Sequence record: MW749001.1
Source of the DNA: Escherichia phage vB_EcoM_Kelasse
Direction: 5' to 3' (one strand)
DNA: 64,000 nt
Below are positions 46,765 to 57,580 of the stretch, piece by piece. The position numbers and the translations under genes are program-made. The stretch's first letter is position 1, and each line of letters opens with the position of its first letter. Under the pieces are notes generated by a model. It was not told the DNA's origin. It did not search any database and saw only the letters and a list, made by a program, of their open reading frames with translations.

Positions 46765-47242
46765 AGAAGTTTCTATTCCTAAAATGGGTCTTAAACATTA
46801 TAACATTTTAAAAGATGTTAAAGGTCCTGATGAAAATTTAAAACTTCTTATTGATTCTATTTGTCCGAATTTATCACCGGCAGAAGTTGATTTCGTTTCT
46901 ATTCATTTATTGGAATTTAATGGAAAGATTAAATCTCGTAAAGAAATAGATGGTTATACTTATGACATTAATGATGTTTATGTGTGCCAAAGATTAGAAT
47001 TTCAATACCAAGGAAATACATTTTATTTTAGACCGCCTGGAAAATTTGAACAATTTTTAACTGTGAGCGATATGTTATCCAAATGCTTGCTTAAGGTCAA
47101 TGATGAAGTTAAAGAAATTAATTTTCTTGAGATGCCAGCATTCGTTTTAAAATGGGCAAATGATATTTTTACAACTTTAGCAATTCCTGGCCCTAATGGT
47201 CCAATAACTGGAATTGGTAATATTATTGGATTATTTGAATGA
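46709..47242 (+). CDS. 28: gp28 baseplate hub distal protein
   Basis: 177 aa; overlaps the gene 27 end. Confidence 0.75.
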   Translation: MNLNLILPLKKVVLPISNKEVSIPKMGLKHYNILKDVKGPDENLKLLIDSICPNLSPAEVDFVSIHLLEFNGKIKSRKEIDGYTYDINDVYVCQRLEFQYQGNTFYFRPPGKFEQFLTVSDMLSKCLLKVNDEVKEINFLEMPAFVLKWANDIFTTLAIPGPNGPITGIGNIIGLFE

Positions 47243-49011
47243 AAAAGCCACAAGAAATGCAAACGATGCGTAGAAAAGTTATTTCAGATAATAAACCAAC
47301 ACAGGAAGCGGCTAAATCCGCTTCCAACACTTTATCTGGGCTTAACGATATATCTACGAAATTGGATGATGCTCAAGCTGCTTCTGAATTAATTGCTCAA
47401 ACTGTCGAAGAAAAATCGAATGAAATAATTGGAGCAATTGACAATGTAGAAAGCGCAGTGAGTGATACTACTGCTGGTTCTGAGTTAATTGCTGAAACTG
47501 TTGAAATTGGCAACAATATTAATAAAGAAATCGGTGAATCACTCGGGAGCAAATTAGATAAATTAACAAGTTTATTAGAACAAAAAATTCAGACAGCTGG
47601 AATTCAACAAACAGGAACCAGTTTAGCCACGGTTGAAAGCGCTATTCCTGTTAAAGTTGTTGAGGATGATACAGCTGAATCTGTGGGTCCTTTATTACCG
47701 GCCCCTGAAGCAGTTAATAATGATCCTGACGCTGATTTTTTCCCTACCCCTCAGCCAGTTGAACCCAAACAAGAATCGCCAGAAGAAAAACAGAAAAAAG
47801 AAGCATTTAACTTAAAATTATCTCAAGCTTTAGATAAATTAACGAAGACTGTTGATTTCGGATTTAAAAAATCCATTTCAATTACTGATAAAATATCAAG
47901 CATGTTATTTAAGTACACCATCAGTGCTGCTATTGAAGCTGCTAAAATGACTGCAATGATATTGGCTGTTGTTGTTGGAATAGACCTGTTGATGGTTCAT
48001 TTTAAATACTGGTCAGATAAATTTTCAAAAGCCTGGGATTTATTTAATACTGACTTTACTAAATTCTCTAGCGAAACCGGAACATGGGGTCCTTTATTAC
48101 AGAGCATCTTTGATTCTATTGATAAAATTAAACAACTTTGGGAAGCGGGAGATTGGGGTGGATTGACAGCAGCTATTGTTGAAGGACTCGGAAGTGTTCT
48201 TTTTAATTTAGGTGAACTTATTCAATTAGGTATGGCTAAATTATCTGCAGCAATTCTTCGAGTCATTCCTGGTATGAAGGATACTGCTGATGAAGTAGAA
48301 GGAAGAGCATTAGAAAATTTCCAAAATTCTACTGGAGCATCTCTCAATAAAGAAGACCAGGAAAAAGTTGCAAATTATCAAGATAAACGAATGAACGGAG
48401 ACCTTGGTCCGATAGCAAAAGGATTAGATAAAATTGCTAATTGGAAAACTCGTGCATCTAATTGGATTCGTGGGGTTGATAATAAAGAAGCACTAACTAC
48501 CGACGAAGAACGTGCAGCAGAAGAAGAAAAATTAAAGCAACTTTCACCTGAAGAAAGAAAAAATGCTTTAATGAAGGCTAATGAAGCCCGTGCCGCAATG
48601 ATTCGCTTTGAAAAATATGCTGATTCAGCTGATATGAGTAAAGACTCAACGGTTAAATCTGTTGAATCTGCCTATGAAGACCTTAAAAAACGGATGGATG
48701 ACCCGGATTTAAATAATTCACCGGCAGTTAAAAAAGAACTTGCTGCTAGATTTTCTAAAATTGATGCTACTTATCAAGAGCTCAAGAAAAATCAGCCTAA
48801 TGCCAAACCTGAAACTTCTGCTAAATCGCCAGAAGCAAAACAAGTCCAGGTAATAGAAAAGAACAAAGCACAGCAAGCTCCTGTTCAACAAGCATCTCCT
48901 TCAATCAACAATACTAATAATGTTATTAAGAAAAATACTGTCGTTCATAATATGACACCTGTCACAAGCACAACTGCTCCTGGTGTATTTGATGCGACTG
49001 GGGTTAATTAA
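47239..49011 (+). CDS. 29: gp29 tail length tape-measure / hub protein
   Basis: 590 aa, long helical low-complexity stretches. Confidence 0.8.
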   Translation: MKKPQEMQTMRRKVISDNKPTQEAAKSASNTLSGLNDISTKLDDAQAASELIAQTVEEKSNEIIGAIDNVESAVSDTTAGSELIAETVEIGNNINKEIGESLGSKLDKLTSLLEQKIQTAGIQQTGTSLATVESAIPVKVVEDDTAESVGPLLPAPEAVNNDPDADFFPTPQPVEPKQESPEEKQKKEAFNLKLSQALDKLTKTVDFGFKKSISITDKISSMLFKYTISAAIEAAKMTAMILAVVVGIDLLMVHFKYWSDKFSKAWDLFNTDFTKFSSETGTWGPLLQSIFDSIDKIKQLWEAGDWGGLTAAIVEGLGSVLFNLGELIQLGMAKLSAAILRVIPGMKDTADEVEGRALENFQNSTGASLNKEDQEKVANYQDKRMNGDLGPIAKGLDKIANWKTRASNWIRGVDNKEALTTDEERAAEEEKLKQLSPEERKNALMKANEARAAMIRFEKYADSADMSKDSTVKSVESAYEDLKKRMDDPDLNNSPAVKKELAARFSKIDATYQELKKNQPNAKPETSAKSPEAKQVQVIEKNKAQQAPVQQASPSINNTNNVIKKNTVVHNMTPVTSTTAPGVFDATGVN

Positions 49012-49019
49012 GGAATAAT

Positions 49020-50114
49020 ATGGCAATTGTTAAAGAAATAACTGCTGATTTAATTAAAAAGTCCGGTGAGAAAATTTCAGCCGGACAGAGTACTAAATCA
49101 GAAGTAGGAACTAAAACATACACAGCCCAGTTTCCAACTGGGCGTGCTAGTGGTAATGACACTACAGGGGACTTCCAGGTAACAGATCTATATAAGAATG
49201 GATTATTATTTACTGCATACAATATGTCATCTAGGGATTCTGGAAGTCTTAGATCGATGAGATCTAACTACTCTTCTTCATCTTCGAGTATTTTACGTAC
49301 AGCCAGAAACACTATCAGTAATACAGTATCAAAACTGTCAAATGGATTAATATCAGATAATAATTCAGGAACAATAAGTAAAGCCCCTGTTGCAAATATT
49401 CTTTTACCAAGATCTAAATCCGATGTTGATACATCATCACATAGATTTAATGATGTTCAAGAAAGTCTTATCAGCAGAGGCGGAGGTACTGCTACTGGTG
49501 TGCTAAGTAATATTGCTTCAACTGCAGTATTTGGAGCACTGGAAAGTATAACACAAGGTATAATGGCTGATAATAATGAACAAATATACACTACGGCTCG
49601 AAGTATGTATGGTGGTGCTGAAAATAGAACTAAAGTGTTTACTTGGGATTTGACTCCACGTTCAACAGAAGATTTAATGGCTATTATTAATATCTATCAA
49701 TATTTTAACTATTTTTCTTATGGTGAAACTGGTAAATCTCAATATGCTGCTGAAATAAAGGGGTATTTAGATGATTGGTATCGTTCTACGTTAATTGAAC
49801 CTTTATCTCCGGAAGACGCAGCTAAAAATAAAACACTATTTGAGAAAATGACATCGAGTTTAACTAACGTTCTAGTAGTTTCAAACCCGACAATTTGGAT
49901 GGTGAAAAACTTTGGTGCAACATCTAAGTTTGATGGAAAAACGGAAATATTTGGCCCATGCCAAATACAAAGCATCAGATTTGATAAAACACCTAATGGT
50001 AACTTTAACGGATTAGCTATTGCTCCAAACCTCCCTAGTACATTTACTCTTGAGATTACTATGAGAGAAATTATCACGTTAAACCGTGCTTCTTTATATG
50101 CGGGGACTTTTTAA
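49020..50114 (+). CDS. 48: gp48 baseplate tail-tube initiator
   Basis: 364 aa; T4 size and position. Confidence 0.8.
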   Translation: MAIVKEITADLIKKSGEKISAGQSTKSEVGTKTYTAQFPTGRASGNDTTGDFQVTDLYKNGLLFTAYNMSSRDSGSLRSMRSNYSSSSSSILRTARNTISNTVSKLSNGLISDNNSGTISKAPVANILLPRSKSDVDTSSHRFNDVQESLISRGGGTATGVLSNIASTAVFGALESITQGIMADNNEQIYTTARSMYGGAENRTKVFTWDLTPRSTEDLMAIINIYQYFNYFSYGETGKSQYAAEIKGYLDDWYRSTLIEPLSPEDAAKNKTLFEKMTSSLTNVLVVSNPTIWMVKNFGATSKFDGKTEIFGPCQIQSIRFDKTPNGNFNGLAIAPNLPSTFTLEITMREIITLNRASLYAGTF

Positions 50115-51079
50115 TGTATTCTTTAGAGGAATTTAATAATCAAGCAATAAACGCAGATTTCCAACGTAATAATATGTTTAGCTGCGTTTTTGCGACAACT
50201 CCATCAACTAAAAGCTCTTCGTTGATAAGTTCAATTAGCAACTTTTCTTATAATAACTTGGGCCTAAATTCAGATTGGTTAGGATTGACTCAAGGTGATA
50301 TTAATCAGGGAATTACCACGCTAATTACTGCTGGCACACAAAAACTGATAAGAAAATCAGGGGTTAGTAAATATCTTATTGGTGCCATGAGTCAACGTAC
50401 AGTTCAAAGTTTATTAGGCTCATTTACAGTTGGTACATATTTAATTGACTTCTTTAACATGGCATATAACTCATCTGGATTGATGATATATTCTGTAAAA
50501 ATGCCAGAGAATAGATTATCCTATGAAACTGACTGGAACTACAATTCTCCTAATATTCGCATAACCGGGAGAGAATTAGACCCTTTGGTTATTTCATTTA
50601 GAATGGATTCAGAAGCTTGTAACTATCGTGCAATGCAAGACTGGGTTAACTCCGTTCAAGACCCAGTAACTGGATTACGCGCTTTACCGCAAGATGTCGA
50701 GGCAGATATTCAGGTTAATCTTCATTCTCGTAATGGATTGCCTCATACTGCGGTGATGTTCACCGGATGCATTCCAGTGTCAGTGAGCGCTCCTGAGTTA
50801 TCATATGATGGAGATAACCAAATAACTACATTTGATGTTACTTTTGCGTATAGAGTGATGCAGGCTGGAGCAGTTGATAGGCAAGCTGCGCTTGAATGGC
50901 TTGAATCTGCTGCTATAAATGGTATTCAAAGCGTTCTCGGAAATAGTGGAGGTGTTACTGGACTATCTAATTCGCTTTCACGACTCAGTAGATTAGGGGG
51001 AACTGCAGGAAGCATTTCAAACATTAATACTATGACAGGAATTGTCAATTCGCAAAGTAAAATATTAGGAGCAATATAA
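50114..51079 (+). CDS. 54: gp54 baseplate tail-tube initiator
   Basis: 321 aa; T4 size and position. Confidence 0.8.
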   Translation: MYSLEEFNNQAINADFQRNNMFSCVFATTPSTKSSSLISSISNFSYNNLGLNSDWLGLTQGDINQGITTLITAGTQKLIRKSGVSKYLIGAMSQRTVQSLLGSFTVGTYLIDFFNMAYNSSGLMIYSVKMPENRLSYETDWNYNSPNIRITGRELDPLVISFRMDSEACNYRAMQDWVNSVQDPVTGLRALPQDVEADIQVNLHSRNGLPHTAVMFTGCIPVSVSAPELSYDGDNQITTFDVTFAYRVMQAGAVDRQAALEWLESAAINGIQSVLGNSGGVTGLSNSLSRLSRLGGTAGSISNINTMTGIVNSQSKILGAI

Positions 51080-51083
51080 CAAT

Positions 51084-51110
51084 GGGGACCGAAAGGTCCC
51101 CATATTTTTA
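51084..51110. terminator. Bidirectional terminator between gene 54 (plus) and the alt block (minus)
   Basis: GGGGACC-GAAA-GGTCCCC hairpin followed by TATTTTTATTT. Confidence 0.65.
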
Positions 51111-51398
51111 TTTACGGAATGAAATAAAAGCAGCAACTGAAGCAACTAAACTGTCTTCAATATAAACCTCAATTTTTACCGGAGCTTCTGACTCAAATTT
51201 ACCTGTTACTACACCTTGGAAAATACTTTCAGTCTGTTCTGGCTTTGAAAAATTTTCAGAAGGAAAAATTCCGAACTTTTTATCTGTTCCAAAAATTTTG
51301 ATAAATTCATCGTAAACTGCTTCATTAAAAGCATTATCAGCAGGAATAACGCCTTCAACTACAAGTTCTTGACCTAAAAAGCGCAAAGAAGATTTCAT
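51108..51398 (-). CDS. Hypothetical protein (96 aa), alt.-3-like position
   Basis: Complete ORF with GAGGAACA Shine-Dalgarno. Confidence 0.5.
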   Translation of the reverse strand: MKSSLRFLGQELVVEGVIPADNAFNEAVYDEFIKIFGTDKKFGIFPSENFSKPEQTESIFQGVVTGKFESEAPVKIEVYIEDSLVASVAAFISFRK

Positions 51399-51458
51399 TT
51401 TGTGTTCCTCATGTTATGTCAGTAAGACTACTATAACACAACACGAGGGACTTGTAAA

Positions 51459-53516
51459 CTACATTTTGAACTTTTTAGACATTCCGTTGATGTTAACCAA
51501 AGAAGCCAAGATTTGAGAAACTTCGTTTTCCTCTTCTTTTGATTCTTCTACAAGGAATTGATTAAATCCAGCCATTGGACGAACTTCACCAGTTTCCATT
51601 AGATGGTCGCCATCATATACCGATTCCTCTAATTGTTCAGAAGGAGGAACGATTGTACCTTCTATTAGATACTTGTTATAAGCAGTTTCTTTCATAAAGT
51701 ACGTGCTCACTTTATTAATCTTCAGTAAAATTCCACGCGGTAGAATAACTTCAGCTTCTGATGGAAATCCTGATAAATGACCTGGAACGATAACTTTGAT
51801 TCGCTCAGCTCCTTTAATTACCATACCCACGCTAGTTTCAGCATCTTCATTAGCATATGTAGAATGACTACCCATATGCATCAAATCTTCTGCATCAACG
51901 GAACCTTCTCCTTCGCCAGAAAATACTGCGCCGGAATCATCTAGAGCCATATAGTTTTTACCATGCTCACCGAAGATATTTGGTTTAAGCGATGTGGATA
52001 CGAAGTTCTTGAAATAGAACATTTTATTTTCAATGTTATGACGCAAAGTTTTAAAGGTAACTTCTTGTCCACGGTAAAGTGTAGTTCCTGGAGGAAGAAC
52101 TGAACCTTTAGCGAATGCAGAATCAAGCGTCTCAATATGTTTAATAGCTCGTTCCATATATTCTTCACGGGTAGAATCTGGTTTACCCAAAAGGAACGAG
52201 TTCATTTCAACATATGAATCTGCACAATAATCTTCAATTACATCAGACTCAGCCTGAGTTAATCCTTTTGGAGTTACTTCAGTACTTGCATATTCATATG
52301 CCTGAGCGGCAGATTCATTAATCAATTTATAAATGCCATTCATGACAAATTGAATAATAGCTGTCTTTTCATCTGGTGTAGCTTTAGAACCTTTAACTAA
52401 ATCATTGATAATTTTCTTAATAACATCAAAGCTATTAGAAATATTAATGTCAGCAAGATCGCTTAAAATTTTATCAGTTTTATAATCAAAGAATTCTTTA
52501 TTCTTTAAATATTCTTGAGAACCTTGATATGTTATATCGCTCTGCAGCTTGATAGATGGATCGCGTAAACGTGCATGGGCCAATGCAATATGATTTCGGA
52601 AGTTTTCTAGTTCATAATCGTTAGATTTAAAACGAGAAGCACTTCTCATACCACCGATAGCTCCTTTGCTAAAGTTTGAACCAATCTGAATAACGCCAGA
52701 GTTCATCGGACCTTCTGCTTTATATACCGGAACTTTAGATTCAAACTCTTGATATTTCTTAGCAGCGAAGCTATCACCCTGAAGTGAAGCATCAACAGTA
52801 GAATATTGAGCTTGTGCTGCTAATCGACGACTAATTTTAGTTTTCTGAATAACAGCTTGATCCGTGCGCTTATCATTTTCTAAAGCAATAGAAGCAGCAA
52901 CAGCGACAGCTTTAGGAACAGCATTACCTGTTTTAACGTCTACATAAACATCACCAACCTTTGATTCAACTTTTGTGAATAACTCAGTTGAAATAGGAGG
53001 TACACCTGGAATGTCTTCTAAATTGGCATTTTTACGGTAAACCATAATATATGCATATTTCTTATCATAGTCCCAGATTTCCTTTAAAAGAACATATCGA
53101 CCTGCTCCTTTAGTACGTACTAAACGGTCAGCAATAACTTGCATTTGACGAGCTGCGCCATTTGTTTTACTCTTTAGTACGCGGAATAAGCATGCATCAA
53201 TTTTATACTGTTTCATTGTTTGAAGAGCAGTATCAAAAACAGCATTAATGACGCCAATTGGATTTCCACCCAAGTTTTTAAGCTTAACTAATGATAGTTT
53301 CTCATTAACACCTATCATTACGATATGCATCATTTTGTCGCCTGGCTTAACGTTTTTATTCGTATCACCGCCAGAGGTGTATGTACAAAATCTAAATCCA
53401 GGAAGCACGCTTTCTTCACCGGCTTGAATAGCAAAAATTTGTGGTATTTTATGCTTAGGATTTAAGTTAACAACCGGCGCCGAAGCGCCGTCAAATAATT
53501 CTGTAATAAGTTCCAT
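51459..53516 (-). CDS. Alt-like ADP-ribosyltransferase paralog (685 aa)
   Basis: N-terminus MELITELFDG...FCTYTSGGDTN parallels the adjacent alt gene; C-terminal R-S-E triad elements (LYRGQ, FVSTSL, SEAEVILPRG). Confidence 0.75.
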   Translation of the reverse strand: MELITELFDGASAPVVNLNPKHKIPQIFAIQAGEESVLPGFRFCTYTSGGDTNKNVKPGDKMMHIVMIGVNEKLSLVKLKNLGGNPIGVINAVFDTALQTMKQYKIDACLFRVLKSKTNGAARQMQVIADRLVRTKGAGRYVLLKEIWDYDKKYAYIMVYRKNANLEDIPGVPPISTELFTKVESKVGDVYVDVKTGNAVPKAVAVAASIALENDKRTDQAVIQKTKISRRLAAQAQYSTVDASLQGDSFAAKKYQEFESKVPVYKAEGPMNSGVIQIGSNFSKGAIGGMRSASRFKSNDYELENFRNHIALAHARLRDPSIKLQSDITYQGSQEYLKNKEFFDYKTDKILSDLADINISNSFDVIKKIINDLVKGSKATPDEKTAIIQFVMNGIYKLINESAAQAYEYASTEVTPKGLTQAESDVIEDYCADSYVEMNSFLLGKPDSTREEYMERAIKHIETLDSAFAKGSVLPPGTTLYRGQEVTFKTLRHNIENKMFYFKNFVSTSLKPNIFGEHGKNYMALDDSGAVFSGEGEGSVDAEDLMHMGSHSTYANEDAETSVGMVIKGAERIKVIVPGHLSGFPSEAEVILPRGILLKINKVSTYFMKETAYNKYLIEGTIVPPSEQLEESVYDGDHLMETGEVRPMAGFNQFLVEESKEEENEVSQILASLVNINGMSKKFKM

Positions 53517-53519
53517 GAT

Positions 53520-55616
53520 TTATCCTTGAACGAACTTGTAAGGCATGTTTGTAATATCTATGCAAGACGCAATAATTCCAAGAGATGATTCTACTTTCTG
53601 TTTAACGTTTGATGAAACAAATGATGCAAAGTCAACTCTGTCTTCTATTTCAATATCACCTGTCATTGCAACCAATTCACCAGTTTCCATTAAATGGTCT
53701 CCATCATAGATTACCGATTCGGTGAGCTCTTCCGTAGTCATAACTTCAGCTTGAATGAGTTTTGTATTATTAGATGTTGTTCCGTCATTATTAGAAGCAT
53801 CAGTTATTTTATTAACTTTGACCATCAATCCACGCGGTAGAATAACTTCAGCTTCTGTTGCTATTCCGAGACTTCCTGGATATACAACATTAACTTTATG
53901 AGCTCCATCAATTGCCCATCCTATTTGAACTTTAACGTATTCAGGATTTTCTTTATACGCTCTTATTTCGTTTGGATTAATAGTTATTCCTTCTTCATTT
54001 TTATCAACTGTTAATTCATTGCGAGCTTCTGGTTCTAAAAGACCAATACCAGCATGTGTAATTCCAAAACGTCCAAAAATGATAGGAGTTAAAGAAGTAG
54101 ATACAAAATTTCTGAAGTAGAACACTTTATTTTTAACTAACGCTTCATATATAGGAGCAGTCATACTTTGAGCACGATAAACTGTAATGCCTTCTGGTAT
54201 ACGGTCACCATTTTCAAAAGCTGAATCTAAGTTATTTATAGCAGATTCAATTTCTTTTTCACTCATTACATCATATCGTTCTGGATTGTAACGACCTAAA
54301 AGAAGATTATTGATGTCAGTATATCCTGAACCGCAATATTCTCTAATGCCACGCTTTTGTGATGGAGTATATTTAGAACCATCGCGGGCAATAGTAATAT
54401 CAATCATTGGACCAGCACCAATTCCAGAAAAACTGTAAATCATTCGTTTGAGGAATTTAGTTTTTGCTGCGTTCCAGGAATTTTTAGTTATTTCTTCCCA
54501 GACTTCATCTGGTTGTCCTTTACGATTTTTATTATGATTAGCAAGCCATTTATCTTTATAATCTTCAAAGAATTGATTTATAGCTGCTGCGTATTTCTCT
54601 AAACATTTTATTGAAGTAGTTGGTTCATTTTTAATTGCATTAAAAATTACTTCTTTAATTTTTTCTGAAACTTCACCGACTTGACTCATTGGAAAGAATT
54701 TATAATCATAGTGAAGTTCATCTGCCGTTCCTTCAGCAATAATTTTTGCTGCCTTTGTTTTAGAAGCTAATGAATTAATTCCAATTTTCATTTCTTCTGC
54801 TTCGGGAATTAAAGGTGCAGTAGCTGGTTTATTAAAATTAGCTGCTGTAGATTCATACTTCTGGAATAATTCACTTTCAAATCTAGAAGATTCCAATGAC
54901 TGGCTTTGTGCAATTGCTCTACGGGAAATTTTAACTTTAACGATTACAGCTTGGTCAGAACGTTTATCATTTTCTTGCGCAATAGATGCTGCAATTGCTT
55001 CATTTTTGGTTACTTGAGCTCCAGTATCTTTATTAATATAAACATCACCGACCTTCGATTCAACCTTAGTAAAGAGCTCGGTACTAATTTCCGGAACCCC
55101 TGGAATGTCTTCTAGTGATACATTTTTGCGATGTATAAGAATATATGCATACTTTTTATCATAATCCCAGAGTTCCTTAAGAAGGACGTATCTGCCACCT
55201 GAACGACTACGGATAAGTCTATCAGCAATAACTTGAATTTGTCGAGCTTGGCCAGCAGTTTTAGACTTAAGAATACGAAGCATACAAGCATCAATTTTAT
55301 ATTGACGCATTGTTTGCATTGCAACAGTAAAAACTGAATTGATATAATTAATTGGGCTTGGACCAAGACCTTTTAATTTAGCAATTGAACCTTTAGCAGT
55401 TAATGTAAAAGGAACAATATGCATCATTTTGTCGCCCATTTTTAAATCACGATTAGTATCACCTCCAGATGTATAGGTACATAAACGAAAGCCTGGTTGT
55501 TCAATTGCATCATCAACATGAACTGAAAAAATTTGTGGTATTTTCTTCTTTGGATTTAAGTTTGTAATCGGAAGAGTAGTATCTTCGTCAAATAATTCTG
55601 TAATGAGTTCCATCAT
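53520..55616 (-). CDS. alt: Alt ADP-ribosyltransferase (head-packaged, modifies host RNA polymerase)
   Basis: 698 aa, N-terminus MMELITELFDEDTTLPITNL; C-terminal R-S-E triad elements (VYRAQ, FVSTSL, TEAEVILPRG); late promoter upstream. Confidence 0.8.
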   Translation of the reverse strand: MMELITELFDEDTTLPITNLNPKKKIPQIFSVHVDDAIEQPGFRLCTYTSGGDTNRDLKMGDKMMHIVPFTLTAKGSIAKLKGLGPSPINYINSVFTVAMQTMRQYKIDACMLRILKSKTAGQARQIQVIADRLIRSRSGGRYVLLKELWDYDKKYAYILIHRKNVSLEDIPGVPEISTELFTKVESKVGDVYINKDTGAQVTKNEAIAASIAQENDKRSDQAVIVKVKISRRAIAQSQSLESSRFESELFQKYESTAANFNKPATAPLIPEAEEMKIGINSLASKTKAAKIIAEGTADELHYDYKFFPMSQVGEVSEKIKEVIFNAIKNEPTTSIKCLEKYAAAINQFFEDYKDKWLANHNKNRKGQPDEVWEEITKNSWNAAKTKFLKRMIYSFSGIGAGPMIDITIARDGSKYTPSQKRGIREYCGSGYTDINNLLLGRYNPERYDVMSEKEIESAINNLDSAFENGDRIPEGITVYRAQSMTAPIYEALVKNKVFYFRNFVSTSLTPIIFGRFGITHAGIGLLEPEARNELTVDKNEEGITINPNEIRAYKENPEYVKVQIGWAIDGAHKVNVVYPGSLGIATEAEVILPRGLMVKVNKITDASNNDGTTSNNTKLIQAEVMTTEELTESVIYDGDHLMETGELVAMTGDIEIEDRVDFASFVSSNVKQKVESSLGIIASCIDITNMPYKFVQG

Positions 55617-55636
55617 ATCCTCTCTAGTGTTTATTC

Positions 55637-55666
55637 TATTTATAAAATTAAAGGCCCGAAGGCCTT
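55637..55666 (-). promoter_or_regulatory. Late promoter TATAAATA for alt, preceded by a terminator hairpin
   Basis: Minus-strand TATAAATA (plus 55637-55644) about 21 nt upstream of the alt ATG; hairpin AAAGGCC-CGAA-GGCCTTT at 55649-55666. Confidence 0.6.
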
Positions 55667-55854
55667 TAATAATCTATTGGTAAGAGAGTACGATATATTT
55701 CAAACTTTGGACCTTTTTCATAGGCATCAAATGTTTCTGTGAATTTATTATAAGCATATGCATCTATAAATTCAATCATGATTTGTGATACAGAAGTAGA
55801 AACATCTCCACCTTCTTTTTGAGCCACGACAATTGTTTCTAAGTAAGCTTTCAT
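55666..55854 (-). CDS. Hypothetical protein (62 aa), alt.1-like position
   Basis: Complete ORF between ligase and alt. Confidence 0.45.
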   Translation of the reverse strand: MKAYLETIVVAQKEGGDVSTSVSQIMIEFIDAYAYNKFTETFDAYEKGPKFEIYRTLLPIDY

Positions 55855-57314
55855 AAACCAGTTACCTCATGAAAATCGCCAAATACATCTTCGAACGTAT
55901 TAGCTTTAGTTTTATCTTCACGTAAACGAATCGCAATCGGAAGAAATAATTTAACGTAATCAGTGCGACCATCAGATTTTAACCAACCGTTGCATTCGCA
56001 CTCTAGAATTTTTCCAATATAATAATTTTGATTTTCCATAATGCGAGTACGATCAAGTTCATGCGATTTTACACCGGCTTTATCTTTTAAGCCTGAACCA
56101 GCATTTACTTTAATTTTTCCACACTCTGATTCAAGAACGAAACCACCTGCTTTAGTAGGGTCTTTACGGTGAGGATAAATTCCTACAATTTTTAAATCAA
56201 CATCAATTACTTCTTTAAATTTATAGAGATTTTTTGAACGAGCATTTTCCCATAATCCATCGATATTTTTGAGAATAATACCTTCAAGACCTTGGTCAAT
56301 ATACTTTTTGTAAATTACCTTAGCTTCATCTAGGTTATTTACTACTTGGTTTTCAATTAAAATTACTTTATCATAGCCTGATGTCATTTGTTCTAGTTTA
56401 GAAAAACGTACATCATATTTTAAACGAAATGCTGGAAGACCATATATTTCTACTAATGGAACATAGTCCCAGACCTGAAACTTCATGCATTGTGCTTCTT
56501 TTTCAGAAATGGTTCCCTTTAAAGATTTATTGGCGATGCCATTAGATGCAGTACGTGATTCAGCTACTTCGGCGAATTCTTTAGCTTTACTAATTTCAGG
56601 ATAAGCATCAAAAAGAAAATCTAGGCCTTCTGGTTCCTTTTCAACTTGCTCATGGTATACCAATTCGCCATCAATTAACACACCTTCTGGATGAATCTGG
56701 CGGGCTTCAGCAGTCATTTTGATTAACTCTTCCTTAAGAAGATCTAATCCTAGATATTCATTGCCAGCTCGTGATAAAAGACGAACATCATCTAATTCAT
56801 CACCTCTGACTTCGGCAAAGCACCGAGCTCCATCAGCTTTTAATTGGGCAAAGGCTGGAAATTTGATATTCTTATTAATGCCTTTTTCATCATAAGAACT
56901 TGCCAGCATTTGAGGTTGTTCAGGAATTAAACCTGGCCAAACTTTATTTGCAATAGATACTGATGCACCGCATTCAAGGTCTCGCATCATCACCCGACGC
57001 AAAACTTCAACATCATCTTTTTTACCATCGGTGATGTATCCAGTTAATTCCTCAATCGCCGCATTTCCAGTCAATTTCCGAGTAGCTAACGTGAATTCAA
57101 TGAAGTCAAGCATATCGGTAAGAGTCAACATTCCAAAACTCTGGGTAGCAATACCAGGTTTAGGCCATTTCTTGATATAATACTGTAACCCACGAGAATA
57201 AGTCAGACGATATACTCGTTTAAGCAATTCATTATCTTTATTCTTTTCAAGAATTGCTTGCTTCTGCTTAGTTGAACCAATAGATGCTATTTCGTTCAGA
57301 ATTTTAAGAATCAT
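55851..57314 (-). CDS. 30: gp30 ATP-dependent DNA ligase
   Basis: 487 aa with adenylation motif KADGAR. Confidence 0.9.
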   Translation of the reverse strand: MILKILNEIASIGSTKQKQAILEKNKDNELLKRVYRLTYSRGLQYYIKKWPKPGIATQSFGMLTLTDMLDFIEFTLATRKLTGNAAIEELTGYITDGKKDDVEVLRRVMMRDLECGASVSIANKVWPGLIPEQPQMLASSYDEKGINKNIKFPAFAQLKADGARCFAEVRGDELDDVRLLSRAGNEYLGLDLLKEELIKMTAEARQIHPEGVLIDGELVYHEQVEKEPEGLDFLFDAYPEISKAKEFAEVAESRTASNGIANKSLKGTISEKEAQCMKFQVWDYVPLVEIYGLPAFRLKYDVRFSKLEQMTSGYDKVILIENQVVNNLDEAKVIYKKYIDQGLEGIILKNIDGLWENARSKNLYKFKEVIDVDLKIVGIYPHRKDPTKAGGFVLESECGKIKVNAGSGLKDKAGVKSHELDRTRIMENQNYYIGKILECECNGWLKSDGRTDYVKLFLPIAIRLREDKTKANTFEDVFGDFHEVTGL

Positions 57315-57580
57315 TGTTCATCCTTTAGAGTTTGGTTTACAGCTCTATTATAAATCAATTCATCATTAAGCTCAGTCAAAGACCTGTGGTACGTTGTTCT
57401 AACTTTATTTCCTTGCATCCAGTGCTTGACGTAAATGAAACCTTGCTCTACACATTTTTTAAAAATTCGTTCGTCTTTTTGAGCTCGGAATTCTGGATTG
57501 CATCTAAAAAATTGATTTACGTGACCGTAATCACGTGTAGTATTACCTTCATTTTCATAAATAGTGTGAACGACAAACAT
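57311..57580 (-). CDS. Hypothetical protein (89 aa), 30.1-like
   Basis: Complete ORF overlapping the ligase start. Confidence 0.5.
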   Translation of the reverse strand: MFVVHTIYENEGNTTRDYGHVNQFFRCNPEFRAQKDERIFKKCVEQGFIYVKHWMQGNKVRTTYHRSLTELNDELIYNRAVNQTLKDEQ

